NCBI GenBank assembly: GCA_051294905.1
Contig: CM119383.1
Coordinates: 12,028,001-12,092,000, forward strand
Reading direction: 5' to 3'
Source of the DNA: Botryllus schlosseri
Lineage: Eukaryota
DNA length: 64,000 nucleotides
The first letter of the stretch is position 1. Every line of letters starts with the position of its first letter. Positions 1 through 12,687 of the stretch are shown piece by piece. Under the pieces are notes generated by a model, which worked only from the letters and a program-made list of their open reading frames with translations, searched no databases and was not told the DNA's origin. The translations under genes were made by a program, and so were the position numbers.

Positions 1-357
1 TGTCTGGGTATATCCTAGTACGGCCCATATCATCAGAGAGAGTCAGGCATAAAATACTAGCATAGTGTGGCTTTTTCTGATTCAACTCCGAGCTATGACT
101 ATTCACTCACATGTCTATGTTTTCAGACCATTTACACTTTTACTTCAAGGGCTTTAAAAGAAATATTACTCATTTTTCACTTTACCAACTTCATCGTCGA
201 TAAAATAGCCTCAGAATAGTTATTCATCATTATATAAGATTAACAAGTTAGAAATATAACAAGAATGTACGTTTGAAACACCGGAAACTGTCATACAGAT
301 GTACTCGCAATTTTGAAAATTGTGAATTATCAGAGAGATTTATAACCTAAATAAATT

Positions 358-3300
358 TCAATTCACCGTGCACATCATCCTTTCACGTGTTTTGCGAGCA
401 TCACCGGCAGTGAATAGACTATGCACTGTGATACGTTGCGATTCCAGCCTCTGCACGCCTGCAAAATACCAACAAGTAACACACGTGAATGGAGTGCACG
501 AGTCAACCAGGACCCAACCTCCTTGTTCCTGATCCAACAAAACAACAGCGTCGGACACCACTAGCCCGGTGTCTCGTAGAATCTGGGCAGTTGCGAGAAT
601 GGTCGAACCGCTTGTCACTACATCCCCGATTATCATGCAATTCGTTCCTTTGACACAGAACAAATTGGAGATGGATGAGAAATAGTATACTAGTGAAGCC
701 AGTTTTCCAAATAAAACAAATAAGGACGCGAGTCACCTTTTTCATATGACTTGACTTGATGTTCAGAAAATGCGGACTCGTGACTCGAAGCAAAATTTAC
801 GAGTCAATTTCAAGTCATCAAGGAATCGATGTCGAGTAAATCTCTGTATCTTGTATACGTTCAAATTGTTAACGATACGATGGTCCGCTGGTGTGACATG
901 TGAGAGCAATCTATCACTCAATGATTATGCGTTGTACCGCCCCTCGATTGTTATATCACAAATGAGGTGATCGCAACCACAGTGATCGGAGCTTGCAGCT
1001 TACGTTGTCGTGAACTAGTAGTAAAATAATATACCGTACTACTGGTACTAGCAATGTATCTCTGTTCTAGAAACTGCTCACAGTGCCCATGTGCTCACCT
1101 TATCCAACCCTCTTGCATGATATAAATCGAACGAATATCGTTTATCATCATCATCATCATTGGTTTATTAGCAATTTTATCAGTTCAATACACCACAAAA
1201 AATGCGATACAATGAAAAGACAGGAAGATGTCGAAGCGACAAGGAGTAGTCTATGGAATCTTATTTATACGTTTATAATTGTATATCACGGATAAGTAGG
1301 TAAGTAGATAAGTAGAAGGGTATTGTACTTGCACGGTCGCACCATATTCTTTTTTCAATATTCTGAGGTTTCGTACTATATCCTGTGTTGTGGCCGATAA
1401 TTCTAGACTGGGGACCTGGGGCTACCGCTACATGCATGGTTTAGCAGCTCTACGTATGCGTGAGCGATACAGCGCCTTTTGCGTGTATAGTAGTACTGTA
1501 GTACTCAACTCTTTCGATTCCGAATAAATGGGGACTCCATCTGCATTTAAAACAGATTAATGCAATGACTTAATCATGTCTCGTACTTTCAACTTGACTC
1601 GACTAAAGACTTGACTCGTGACTTGACTTGACTCGACTTGACTGAACTTGACTCGAGTCACCTCCAAAAATCAAGTCACTTGACTTGACTCGAGACACCT
1701 TTGAAAATCGATTGACTTGAGTTGACTCGAGTCAAAATGTCCAATGACTCGTGACTCGAAGGTAGTGACTTGATATCAACAATGCATTTCAGATCAGGGG
1801 TACCAACTTTTGGCATCATTATTCCATCTACGCTGATCAGAAAGATGCTTTTCGTGGTTTTGAAAGCAACCACTATTCCATCATAAGTCTGCGATGTCTC
1901 GTACCAATTTTATCTTTTAAACTATTTACTCAGGCAATTTTCAGACCTTACATTTTTACTACTGCTATATCAAGTGGTTTTAGGAATCTCTACTTGGAAG
2001 AAAGTTTCGGTAACACTTCAACTTGATAGCTCTTTTACCGACTTCTGAACATAAGTTACAACAGACAACCTACCAGCCTTGTAACGATCCGTGATTGCTT
2101 TTTTCGATTTCTCATCCTTCGTGTCTTCGGGTTGCAACACCATTGGAATTCCGTTTGCAAAGCTTATACACACTGTAACATACTCTGCTTTCGGTGGTGA
2201 TCCACAAAGGAGAGTGACAGGTGTGATTTCTTTGAATCTCTCATAAATCAATTCTTGAATGACTTTCATCAAGTCCGGAGAAAGCGCGTCCTAAGAATAA
2301 TAAATTTCATAACCACTTTACCAGCATATATAATATGAGCGGTTAAACACCAGTAAAGGGTGCATATTAGTGGAATAGAATCTGTAGCTACGGCACACAG
2401 TTCCGAAGAATAGCCACTGCCTTATATTGATGACTAAGTCAACTCAGTGAGCCAGGTTTAGATGTATCTAGACGAGTGTTTCTTAACCTGGTCGCCAGCA
2501 CCCCCCAAAGTGCGATTTGGATTTTGAAATGGACAGAAATGCCCAGGGGTGATATGGGGGCACTGAAGATGAATGGCGTCGCAGTAGGGACATATCATTA
2601 TGTAGTAGAACAACAGTTCTATATATCCCTGAGTTCTGGTTGCAAATTAACATTCAACAAAATCTGTCAAATCTCAAAATTTTTTGTCGCACTACACACG
2701 AAATATACGCCGACGATGTTTGCTACACGTTTCCATGTGTGCAGTGGTTTATTGTAATTCATACAAAATTAATTGCGCATACTTTGAGATCGTCAATTCC
2801 CCGTTTAAATACTCCCGTCACATTAGCTCGGGATATATTCCACGAAATGTTTCGAACTAGGTATTTTATCCCGCAGCGAACAGCATGTCGAAATAGAAGA
2901 AAGAAGCATTGTACCACTTTTAGGACTGAGAATCCATTGCAGAATAAAGATGCTTTGAAGCTTTTCGGTTAAAATGCTTAACTAAAGATATTTCTAATTG
3001 AGAGCTACAAAATTAAATCTTCAGAATATCATATAGCAGGGGTCTCAAACATGCGGACTGCAATGGCATTTTGGATTTTTAAGCATTCAACAACATTCAA
3101 CTGCCACATATCGTTTTTAGATTTGAGAACTTAAAAATCTCTCCAAAACTGCTCCAAAAACCTTAAACTACTCATCAAACTTCAATATCGAAACACTTCC
3201 AGAAGCTAACATAGCGGTGGAAGATCTGCTATTACGTCACATTACTTGTTCATTACAATAAAATTGATTCGACAGAAAACTGACTGAAAAATTGTGATTT

Positions 3301-5103
3301 CGACTTTTGCGGGATCTTTCGTAGAATTACTCGACTCGGTTAGGGTTAGGTGATATAATGAAAATGACTCGAGTTGAGTCGGTTCAAAAGTTACAATCAG
3401 AGAAGGACTTGTGACTTGGAACGCCGTGTGTTGGTAAAGCCTTGGACACAACAAACAGTCAGGAGCAATAGTAATATATCAAAAGGTCATTGCATAGAGT
3501 AGCGGATTTTGCTATCTAAGCAGGTCGGTATGGCAACCATTGGTATTCTGTTCACCTACTTGATGTATATAGTTAGTTACAACTTGGGTCTCTCTATTCA
3601 TGTTATTATTGTCGATTAATGGTGACGATTAACAAAGGACAGTTGTAACACCAATGGAATGTTAGGCAATTGGACATTTCTATACTATGACACATTAATT
3701 TCATATTTATGTTGTTATTTATCTGTTCCAATGGTCACAGGTAAATCTAACGCTGATTTAATTTGACTTTTATAATGACATGATCAATAGCCTACTTATC
3801 AGGAGTAGACCTATGCCCAAAACCTGGATGGGTTACACTACTCAAATGCTCAGATATCAGATCAATCCTTGTTAAATTCTAAAATATTCTACCTATAATT
3901 GTGGCGCATCAATCGTCTGCTAGCTGAAAAATTGTAACGCGACAGCTTTTATGATGTCATGATGCATTTGTCCTCTTGCTTTGTGTCTGTATCTCATTAT
4001 TTTGACAAGTTATGCCAAGTAAAACAACAATTCTATTCAAATATTTAAAAAATGTGTTTCTTTTCGTGCCAGGCGTGAATATTACGATAGTACATAACAT
4101 TGTCACGATGTGTGTGAAATTCCAGTCTACGAGGCCCCGTCAAATAAAGCCTTGGTAATACATTGTGCAGACCTGCCCCTAGGTTTTAGACAAAGGCCTT
4201 TTAAAAACAATTGTGTTTTTTAGGCTGTATAATTATGATATAATGGTGTTAATACTTTCCCAAAAACATGTTGTATGAGCCTACAAACGATTACCACCCA
4301 ATATAGCCGATGTATACGATATGGGATGGTTGAAACACTCAAAATAGTCGGTTCAACAGCTATATTTACCCTATATTTTCAATTGTCAATGCAACCCTAC
4401 CTATTATTGCTGCTGGGGCCCGCAGCGTCACCAAAAACTAGGAAATTGGCCCGCGAGCACATTTGAGTTTGAGACCCCTGTTATATAGGATGTTTGTGAT
4501 AAACAGTGTTGTGACCCGCAACCTCACATGAACGTTATATAACATTGGTTTCTTTCTCTGGAATACATCCATGGTAAAGTTGATAACTCATGGGTGCATT
4601 ACTAGATTTATTGTGAGCAAAGATCTCTACCACTATCTCAGTTGATTTACTCGTCACAGAAAGCAATGAAACAAAATCCAATAAAATTAATGTCCCCGTC
4701 TTGCCAGTCGCAGAGGTGAATTCGGGATGTGTACACTGGGCTCAAACCAGATGGTATGAGCCCGTACCCGACGGTTGTTATAACAACCAGAATATAGCAC
4801 ATACAAGTATTACAGCGTTAATTAGTCGATGGGTCCTCCAATAGTAAAGTCCAAACCCGAAAAGACCGACTAGACTTCGAACTCCAACCTCTTGTTTTTA
4901 CTGCCATCTTAAAAATAAGGGGGGTGCCAGACCTAGGCAATTATCGAAAAAGGGCGCTGCAAGAAAAAAGGACAAGAACCACTGACCTTTATCTCCAAAA
5001 ACACATCTGACTTCGTTTTGTGTTTTAGTGTGAATTCGCCAAAGCGCAATGCACCCACGTCAATAAGTCGTAAAATCAACTTCTCTATCTCCTCTGAAGA
5101 CAT
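358..5103 (-). CDS. UMPS-like orotate phosphoribosyltransferase (type I PRTase) domain protein, degenerate active site
   Basis: Four phase-compatible GT-AG exons: 4987-5103 ([27 protein letters not shown]), 2074-2290 (LLCGSPPK...GIPMVL), 519-647 ([14 protein letters not shown]...VVLLDQEQG) and 358-458. Motifs align with the metazoan UMPS OPRT domain. A possible donor near 365 (ACG|gtgaat) means the gene could continue beyond the window. Confidence 0.78.
1143..1262 (-). mobile_element. 3' end fragment of CR1/L2-type LINE with (GAT)n tail
   Basis: Near-identical to the terminal sequence of the RT-bearing copy at 21065-23020 (atcatcatcattggtttattagcaatttt...). Confidence 0.8.
1564..1790. repeat. 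Fragment of GACTCGAGTC/GACTTGA-rich MITE family
   Basis: Dense gacttgactcgagtc motifs, also seen at about 25800-26200, 27325-27704 and 37170-37230. Confidence 0.6.
3037..4480. mobile_element. Non-autonomous hAT-type DNA transposon
   Basis: TIRs caggggtctcaaac / gtttgagacccctg; 8-bp TSD tcatatag / ttatatag (1 mismatch); lies in intron 1 of the OPRT-like gene. Confidence 0.85.
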
Positions 5104-5529
5104 GTTACATATCATCAGTGGCGGATGAATAGTAAAACTGCCAGGCTTCTCTATTTATTCACAACATCGCTACGCTACACTGGAAACAGAAAAAAGATTA
5201 CTTAAGTTTAAATAAAGAAAAGCAGTACGACTCGCTACATTAAATAAACTTCTTTTGCATCCTAACCTAAAAGTTTGGGAAGCTGATGGCTACAAGAGGT
5301 CTGTAATCACTTTCAACTAATGGTATTCGCAATAGCCGCATTATCAGTTGGATTGCGAATATTCATGTATTTATGTTCATCGTGGGCATAAAAATAAGAG
5401 TGAATAGTTGTAGTTTTAATATTGTCCACCCACGGATACCTCTTAAAACTAGTCTGCGGACCTCCAAGGGGTCGCCGAGCATATTCACATTCAAATCAAA
5501 TTCTACCAGACTCTACTCAGCGAATACTA

Positions 5530-5660
5530 GTTTGCGATCGAGATTACCGGACCACAATATATCGACCTCGCCTTCTGACACATGCCACCTCATTTTTAAC
5601 GCTTATCCTTTTATGTCATCGTCATTCAGCGTGCAAGACGCTTCTTTACATCGTCTAGGC
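5530..5660 (+). mobile_element. Diverged LINE 3' remnant
   Basis: gattaccggaccac...atcgacctcgcc...catgccacc resembles 23325-23400 and the reverse complement of the LINE tail. Confidence 0.55.
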
Positions 5661-6787
5661 TAGGGGTGGGCAATTATTTTTCCCTGTGGGCAAATAAAAA
5701 CGAAGAATACGTTGGCGAGCTGAGTCAAAAATTTGAGCTATATTCTGCGGCGTAATAATTGTATTTCTAAATTGAAAGCAGTGAATTACATTCTTAGTAG
5801 CCTACATGGTGCTCAGTACATTTATTGATATTAGGCAATGGGAAAGTGATGGTTAATTACCAAAAATAATATTTATTCGCCGTCATAATTCATAACTATG
5901 GTAAAACGATACATTTTAAACTTTTTTTAACCCGCAGTGCAGACACGTTTTTGATTAAGACAATAAAAATATATTTAGGATGCCAGTACTGCAAAGCTCG
6001 TCTTGGTCGCTGCCCCCCAAGCAGTGTACAGCTTGTTCAAATAGGCTTTGTTGGTGATGGAATCTAGCAGTGCTTCAGAAATTCGCCCTCCCTTATACGA
6101 GTGTCAGTCTCGTGTCTTTTGCCACAATACCAGCTTAATTTATAGTCCACGGCAACTTGCTCGCCGCAAACTAACAGTACGGGTCTAACCCTGACTCCAG
6201 TAAACAAATATTTGGCGCTCTGAATCTTCTTGGAATTTTGGCCGTCAGCACTCACGTTTCATTTTTTTATGACATGCCCGTCCGTTCATCGTTTCATCGG
6301 GCGCACCGATTGACTTCTTTACGAATTAGGGTTTGGAAACGTATCACGTAACAATTTGAAGCACAGGGTGTGTAAATGTTATAATGGCAACAAAGAAGCT
6401 TTAAACAAAACTATGTGGAAACAGTGACTTTTTGGGATTTTAATTGTTACGGCACACGTTGCTACATTGACTTCATTTTGAATAGGTATTACTCGTATGA
6501 CGTACGAAGGCTACTGGTACGTAATCTCGGAAAATATATAAACGGGCCTCTTAATTACCGAATGTCCGGTTCAGTGTAGTCCACAGATTAACATTCAAAA
6601 ATAGGTTAACATAGAATTTTATGTTCTAAATTCCAGCGAACTTTTCGCAGGCCGCACTCTGCCCAGGTCTGGTCTAAGTGGGTGTCTGATTTCAAAGACT
6701 ACTCTAAGAAATGATGAAAGTATTATTAAAACTGATTGATTGATTGACTGACTGATCGAAACCTTCCTATCTTATTGTATCACAATC

Positions 6788-7080
6788 TTCTGATGTTCTG
6801 TGATCTGATAAAATTATTACTAAAACTGATACTGACGACTCGCTAGTTTACCAACCCTTTCTCAGCTGCTCCTCACTGTCTTTAAGGTTGAGGAGATCTT
6901 GGATCACAAGAAGAGAAATAAATCGAATTCAATACAACTTCGCCGATCTTTGCAAATGTCAGAAAAACAACTGTCTGCCAAGAACCGGAAGACAAACAAG
7001 GCATCCGCACCTGGGGACTCCCCTTCATCGCAAAAAAACAAAACCGCACTACCTACGCAGTGTGACGTCAGATTTAAATG
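6788..7080. repeat. Dispersed/tandem repeat unit A (second copy about 10400-11330, split by a LINE)
   Basis: Shared ttctgatgttctgtgatc...aaccctttctca...gccgatctttg...ccggaagacaaacaag...tacgcagtgtgacgtcagatttaaat. Confidence 0.7.
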
Positions 7081-7120
7081 TCCAAATATATGTATGAATA
7101 TTGAATACAATTGAATAGTA

Positions 7121-9430
7121 CAGTGCTCTTCAACCGGGGTGGTCGTACACCCTAGGGTGTACCAAAATTTGCAAAGGGTGTACCACTCGGATGGGGTGTA
7201 CAGGGGTGTACCAGATCCGAATTACAATGACTCGATGGCTTGCTATCACAAAGGCAGGTTTACGGGTCAGTACAGGTTGACGCACAGGTTGATGAGCAAT
7301 ATGGTACGATGTTATCTCAAGTGTAATGCTGTACACCACTGTGATGTCATAAGCAAATATTAGCCGTCGGCAATAGACCAATGGTTCCGTTTGGTGTTGG
7401 CAAGTATGCAGTTAACAAACATGTGTTTAGCTCAGAGATCTCAAACTCAAATGTACTCGCGGGCCAATTTCCTTGTTTTTGAAGACGCCGCGGGCCGCAG
7501 CATAAAGGATTGGAAAATTCAATGCAGAATTTGAAAATAGGCCTTATTTGACGGGACCTTGCCGATAGGCATTCCACAAACATCGTGAAAATGTAATTTA
7601 CTATTGTACTATTCACGCTCGACACGAAAAAATCACATAATTTCCAATGTTTGAATAAATTGGTTTTGTTGCGGGCATAATTTTTTAGAATAATGAGTTA
7701 TAGACATCATGCAAGAGGGTGCATCATGAGTCGTAAAACTGTCGGGTTATAATATTTCAGCTAGTGGACCTTTTACGTGCTACAAATTTGATGTAGAATA
7801 TTTTGAAATCTACTGAAGATGTATCTGATATCATGGCATTTGAGCAGTGTAGCCTAATCCGGGTTTTGATATAGTCGTGATAAGTAGGCTATTGTTACTG
7901 TCCTTGCCAAAGTCAAATTATATCAGCGTTGGATTTTGCCTTCGCTTAATAATGGAACATATCAATAACAAATCTAAATATAGTCATTATTGACCATAGT
8001 AATAGCATTCTTTCTTAACGTTTTTAGAGATCGCACCTCTTGCGCTTCTAATAAGATTTCTAGCTTCTGTCCATTTTCAATACAATATTCCAAGTAACCG
8101 TTCCGAGTCGCAAGTCCTCTGATTTTAACGTTTGATCTAACTCAACTCGAGTGATTTATATTTAATCCTCTCGTCAATCCGAAATCGAGTAATTGTGCGA
8201 AAGGGCGGACCAAACCAAACCACAATTTTAGTCACAAATCATCAACGGGTCATGTTTTATCATCATGAACTAGAAATGTGACGTAATAGGTGATCTTCTA
8301 CCGCATGGTAGTGATGTGATAGTGAAGTTTGTTGAGATTTCAGTGATTTTTATAGTAGTTTTTGGGTTAACTTCAAGTTGTTATATCTAAAAAAGATATA
8401 TGTCACTTAAAGATACTGTCATATACTTGAAATTCCAAAATGCCATCGCGGGCCGCAAAAAATGCTCTCGCGGGCCGCGTGTTTGAGACCTCTGGTTTAG
8501 CTAGTCATTTGTCTTTTAGTGATTTTTGAGGAAACCGCCGCGATAGCTCAGACTTTTTGAATCTGCACTTCCTAGCCGACGGTAATAAATACCGCAATGC
8601 ACATAAATGAAGTGACGTAGCCACCCAGGGTCGAAACAGCTTCCATGTTGAAATCGAAACCCTTTTGTTTTAAAATGCCGATTGTATGTCCAATATTACG
8701 CCGTACATTTGCAATTTAGTATTTTGTTATTAGTGATGTAAATCAGCGACAACAGACTGTGTATAGCGGTATACGATCTGAGGTTACTGACATCTCTTGC
8801 AGCCCATGTTCTACTATCGACTGTGCGTGGTGTGGGGCAGGCCTGATACGCAGTAGGCTGGTGCGCCTGCTATCATCGCTGATCTGAATTACCGCTTCTG
8901 CAGCAGTAGCTTTACCTACTCTCTCCCCAATACTGTTATATTTAGGTTGATTATCGTTCGTAGTGTCATGCTGTTTTTGCTCTGACACGAAGTAAATTCC
9001 AATTTGCGTGGCGGGGGGCATAACTGGCTGCGAATAGACTCTGTGACCAAATACTATTTTATTCAAATCCAAATATTTTGACGGCAATAACTCCGCTTCT
9101 ACTGGTCGAAATTGAACCATATTTGAAGAACATCGTTTTTATAGACAACCTAATACTTTCATGGGGTGAACAGAAATATTTCAAATTTTTCGTTATTTAT
9201 TTTTATATAATAAATAGAAACTTTCTTATCCCGTAGCAAGGCGGCTACTGGTTGCAATTGAACCAAATTTGGTGTGTAGGCTTAAGTTAGGTAACCTAAC
9301 AATTTTATCAAGTAGCCAGTACGATTTGAGAAAAAAAGTCATTTTTGCAGACCCCTAATGAACAGGGGTGTACGAGTTTTGAGCAAACGTTAAAAGGGTG
9401 TACCACGTCGAAAAAGGTTGAAGAGCACTG
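7121..9430. mobile_element. Non-autonomous hAT-type element (outer)
   Basis: TIRs cagtgctcttcaacc / ggttgaagagcactg; perfect 8-bp TSD gaatagta; gggtgtac subterminal repeats at both ends. Confidence 0.92.
7433..8494. mobile_element. Non-autonomous hAT-type element (inner, related to 3037-4480)
   Basis: TIRs cagagatctcaaac / gtttgagacctctg; perfect 8-bp TSD gtttagct; gcgggcc subterminal motifs. Confidence 0.92.
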
Positions 9431-9455
9431 GAATAGTATATTCATATTGAAATGA

Positions 9456-9489
9456 ACCCGAATATTTTCGGCTGACACTCGTCAGGGGT
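9456..9489 (-). ncRNA. Minimal type I hammerhead ribozyme (family A, intact)
   Basis: Minus strand reads accc-CUGACGA-G-ugucagc-C-GAA-AAUAUU-C-gggu: full core, 1-bp helix II, palindromic helix III, 4-bp helix I. Confidence 0.8.
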
Positions 9490-9583
9490 AATCGTCAGCA
9501 ACTAGTAGAGAATTCGAAAGAACAACGTATATCAACAATCGTAACACAAAATATGACGTCACCAGCATGAAATGTCCAACACG

Positions 9584-9869
9584 ATCATCATCATCATTGG
9601 TTTATTAGCAATTTTATCAGTTCAATACACCACAAAAATGCGATACAATGAAAAGACAGGAAGATGTCGAAGCGACAAGGAGTAGTCTATGGAATCTGAC
9701 ACCCACCTTGGCCTAGGCGATGTAAAGAGGAGGCATGCACACTGAATGAAAGTAGAGAAGATAGTATAGAAGAAGAATGCGACAAGAAATAGGGCGGCAT
9801 GTCATGGGAAGCGAGATCGATAGGTCAGTCGTGGTCCGGTAATCTTGAGGATGGACTGTATTTATTTAG
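9584..9869 (-). mobile_element. CR1/L2-type LINE 3' fragment inserted in the Penelope 3' UTR
   Basis: (atc)n tail and 3' UTR near-identical to 21065-21350; the flanks rejoin to the sequence seen uninterrupted at 24820-24860. Confidence 0.85.
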
Positions 9870-9878
9870 AGAGAGCGT

Positions 9879-10205
9879 TCAATGTACTATTTTTGGATGA
9901 TACACGAACTCTTTTTGTTGACACAGCCTTGGCTGGTGTATTTTGATAAAAGTCGACTCCAAGGCACACAAATGAAAGTGTGAGCGACTCTTTCCGAGTA
10001 TGCGAAATCTGTCGTCTCGATAATTTTTCGCACAGGCGGGATTATCCAACAAGTGTTTGCCAATTGCAGAATTTATGGCCTTTGATTGTTCCGCATCAAT
10101 CTTGAGCGGATGAGTTAAGGGTGAGCTTTTCACCGAGCGTGTTCTAATGAATCTAGGGACATGCTGATTTATGCGTTCCTGCAAGCGCTTTGACGTTCTT
10201 CCCAC
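9879..10205 (-). pseudogene. GIY-YIG endonuclease domain fragment of Penelope-like element
   Basis: YVGRTSKRLQERINQH...SAIGKHL...FRILGK...LESTFIKIHQPRLCQQ matches the PLE endonuclease pattern; the RT part is missing. Confidence 0.85.
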
Positions 10206-10415
10206 ATATTGAATAGCATGCGCATGTTTTGTTTGCGTTTTACTTCAGTAACCATCCAGTAAAATGGAGATTTGTAGTATTAATGGCGGTAAAATCATTT
10301 AGAAAGTTATATTATATTATTGTTAGAGCATACCGACATATCCATGAATCGAACGTCACTATTTACTCTCGTACAGCCAATCTTTCCATTGTATCGCAAT
10401 ATTCTGATGTTCTGT

Positions 10416-11018
10416 GATCATCATCATCATCATCATTGGTTTATTAGCAATTTTATCAGTTCAATACACCACAAATTTGCGATACAATGAAAAGACAGGA
10501 AGATGTCGAAGCGACAAGGAGTAGTCTATGGAATCTGACACCCACCTTGGCCTAGGCGATGTAAAGAGGAGGCATGCACACTGAATGAAAGTAAAGAAGA
10601 TAGTATAGAAGAAGAATGCGACAAGAAATAGGGCGGCATGTCATGGGAAGCGAGATCGATAGGTCAGTCGTGGTCCGGTAATCTTGAGGATGGACTGTAT
10701 TTATTTAGTAGTAATTGCTTGTATTTCGACTTGAATGTGGACATGCTCGTCGACTGTCGGATGGCCGGCGGGATACTGTTCCACACATCAGGTCCGGCAT
10801 ATTTGATGGAGCGATGATCTTTTCGGTCGATCATATGATATTTGGACGACGTGGACGCGCGTGTGTTGTACTTGTGCGCTTTGGATTCGGAGGTAAAGAA
10901 GTCATTGAAATATTCGGGGCAACGACCGCAGTGAAACTGATACATAAACTTGGCGATTTCTAGTTTCCGCATATCTTCTATGTTTAGGACGCCGAATCTC
11001 TTCAGCAGCGACTTATTG
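10416..11018 (-). mobile_element. CR1/L2-type LINE 3' fragment (ORF2 C-terminus + UTR)
   Basis: ORF 10664-10972 is identical to the C-terminal part of ORF 21309-21710; (atc)n tail. Confidence 0.88.
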
Positions 11019-11639
11019 ATCTGAAAAAATTATTAATAAAACTAATACTGCCTCCAGTTTAACAACCCTTTCTCATCTTCTCTGTACTATCTTCAAGTTT
11101 AAGTTGATCATAAGAAAAGAAATGAATCGTATTCAATATTAGTACTTTGCCGATCTTTGGAAATGTCAGAACAACAGCTGTCTGCCAAACACCGGAAGAC
11201 AAACAAGCCATACGCACCTCGGGATTCCCCTTCACCGCACAAATTCAAAGTTGTAGACAGTGCATGTGCAATTGTTCATGCACGGATTGCACGCCTATAC
11301 GCAGTGTGACGTCAGATTTAAATTGCTAAATATATGCATCCGCAATGCGGATTCCGCATGTTTTGTTCGTGTAGTACCGCGGAGTCCGCAGTAAACTTGT
11401 GGTGTTAATGCCGGTAATATCATTTCGAAAGTGATACTATATTAATGTCAGAGCATAGACTTTAGACATATCCATATAAATTGGACGTCAACGTCACTAT
11501 TTACTCTCGTACAGTGTCTACCTGTCTATAAACACACCAGCCGCTGTCACGATTCCGTTCAGAAACTGAACCGTAATGATGATGTCATCCAACACTGTGC
11601 GAAGTTTCACGGTTGTTACTCAATGATAAGGGGGCCTAT

Positions 11640-12300
11640 GGGAAACTGTTGAATCGCTACTAAGATTTGGTGTTCTGGACATAAATGATTTAAGCTAGAA
11701 ATTGTCAAATTTATGTATCGTTCCATTGCGGTCACCGTCCCACGAATGTCAGCTATATTTCACCCCGAAATCAAAAGTAAGTTACATCACACGCTCGTCC
11801 TCAACTATCACCTGCCATATGTTCAGCACGGAATACAGAAAACGTTTAAAGGCCTAGCCAGACAGGACGCCTAACCCTATCAAGTATGCCAGACCTCAAG
11901 TGTAGAACAGCACCTCGCCAGCTATCCGACAGTCATCGAGCATTTGTCCACATTCAAGTCAAGATACAAGCAATTTCTGCTGAATAAAGACTAGTCAGTA
12001 GTCATCCCTCAAGATTACCGGATTTACCAAAATTGGAAGCATCGTGATGACAATTTTGCTGCCATTGTTTACTTTTTTATTTTCCTTTTTAAACCAACAT
12101 TTTTTACAGCCAGTATGTAAACTCTGTATAGAGTCAAGTGTACCTGTTTGATGCTGGTGTGATCAGACTAGTTAACCTTCACTGTCGTATCGATCACTCC
12201 TATCTTATACCGAATACTGTGCATGCATATTTTCTGTACCACCATCATTGCCGTCTGTTATTTTTTATGTATTTAAGTTGGATGAAAATAAAGAATCTCT
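11640..12300 (+). mobile_element. Older diverged copy of the same LINE family
   Basis: Decayed RFGVLDINDL-KLEIVKFMY-like coding sequence and caagattaccgga 3' motif. Confidence 0.55.
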
Positions 12301-12687
12301 CTCTCACACGTAGACGTCCTTCAAAAACTGCTATGCATATAATTGAAGTAGTCTAGAAGCATATCCAAATTAGTCGCGCTAAGGCAAATTAGACCACTTC
12401 TAGTGATTCTAACTGTGCCCAGAACTACAAAAGTAAATCACACCAGATTCATCTATCGGCTCTTCCACTGCTAGCTTGCAGCAACTCTATTGTACCTGAT
12501 TGAGCAAAATGAACCCACTTAATGCAGACATGAGTTTGACGAAATCATCCTCTCCATATATGTTGATGTGTATTGTGTATTTTAAACAAAGATGTGTCAA
12601 CTGTGCATAGAGACTAAACAAATATCCACTAGTAGTCGCTCGTACCGGTTACAGACGCTATAAAAACAAAATTCACTGTACTGTGAC

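Larger units (their letters stand above)
7108..10205 (-). mobile_element. 5'-truncated Penelope-like retroelement, interrupted by nested hAT elements and a LINE tail
   Basis: GIY-YIG endonuclease ORF end at 9879-10205. The 3' UTR/terminal repeat at 9431-9583 matches 24830-24990. The 10-bp direct repeat atattgaata occurs at 7098-7107 and 10206-10215. Confidence 0.75.

Noticed and set aside
1-110. ODC domain start of UMPS (QKK...LCL-like string)
   Set aside because: The similarity is too weak and there is no convincing phase-matched acceptor; the issue remains unresolved at the window edge.
1564-1790. CRISPR-like or satellite array
   Set aside because: There are no regular repeat-spacer units; the motifs are subterminal repeats of a MITE family.
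9225-9250. Helitron-like 3' hairpin
   Set aside because: Imperfect hairpin, no CTRR end and no matching 5' TC end or second copy.
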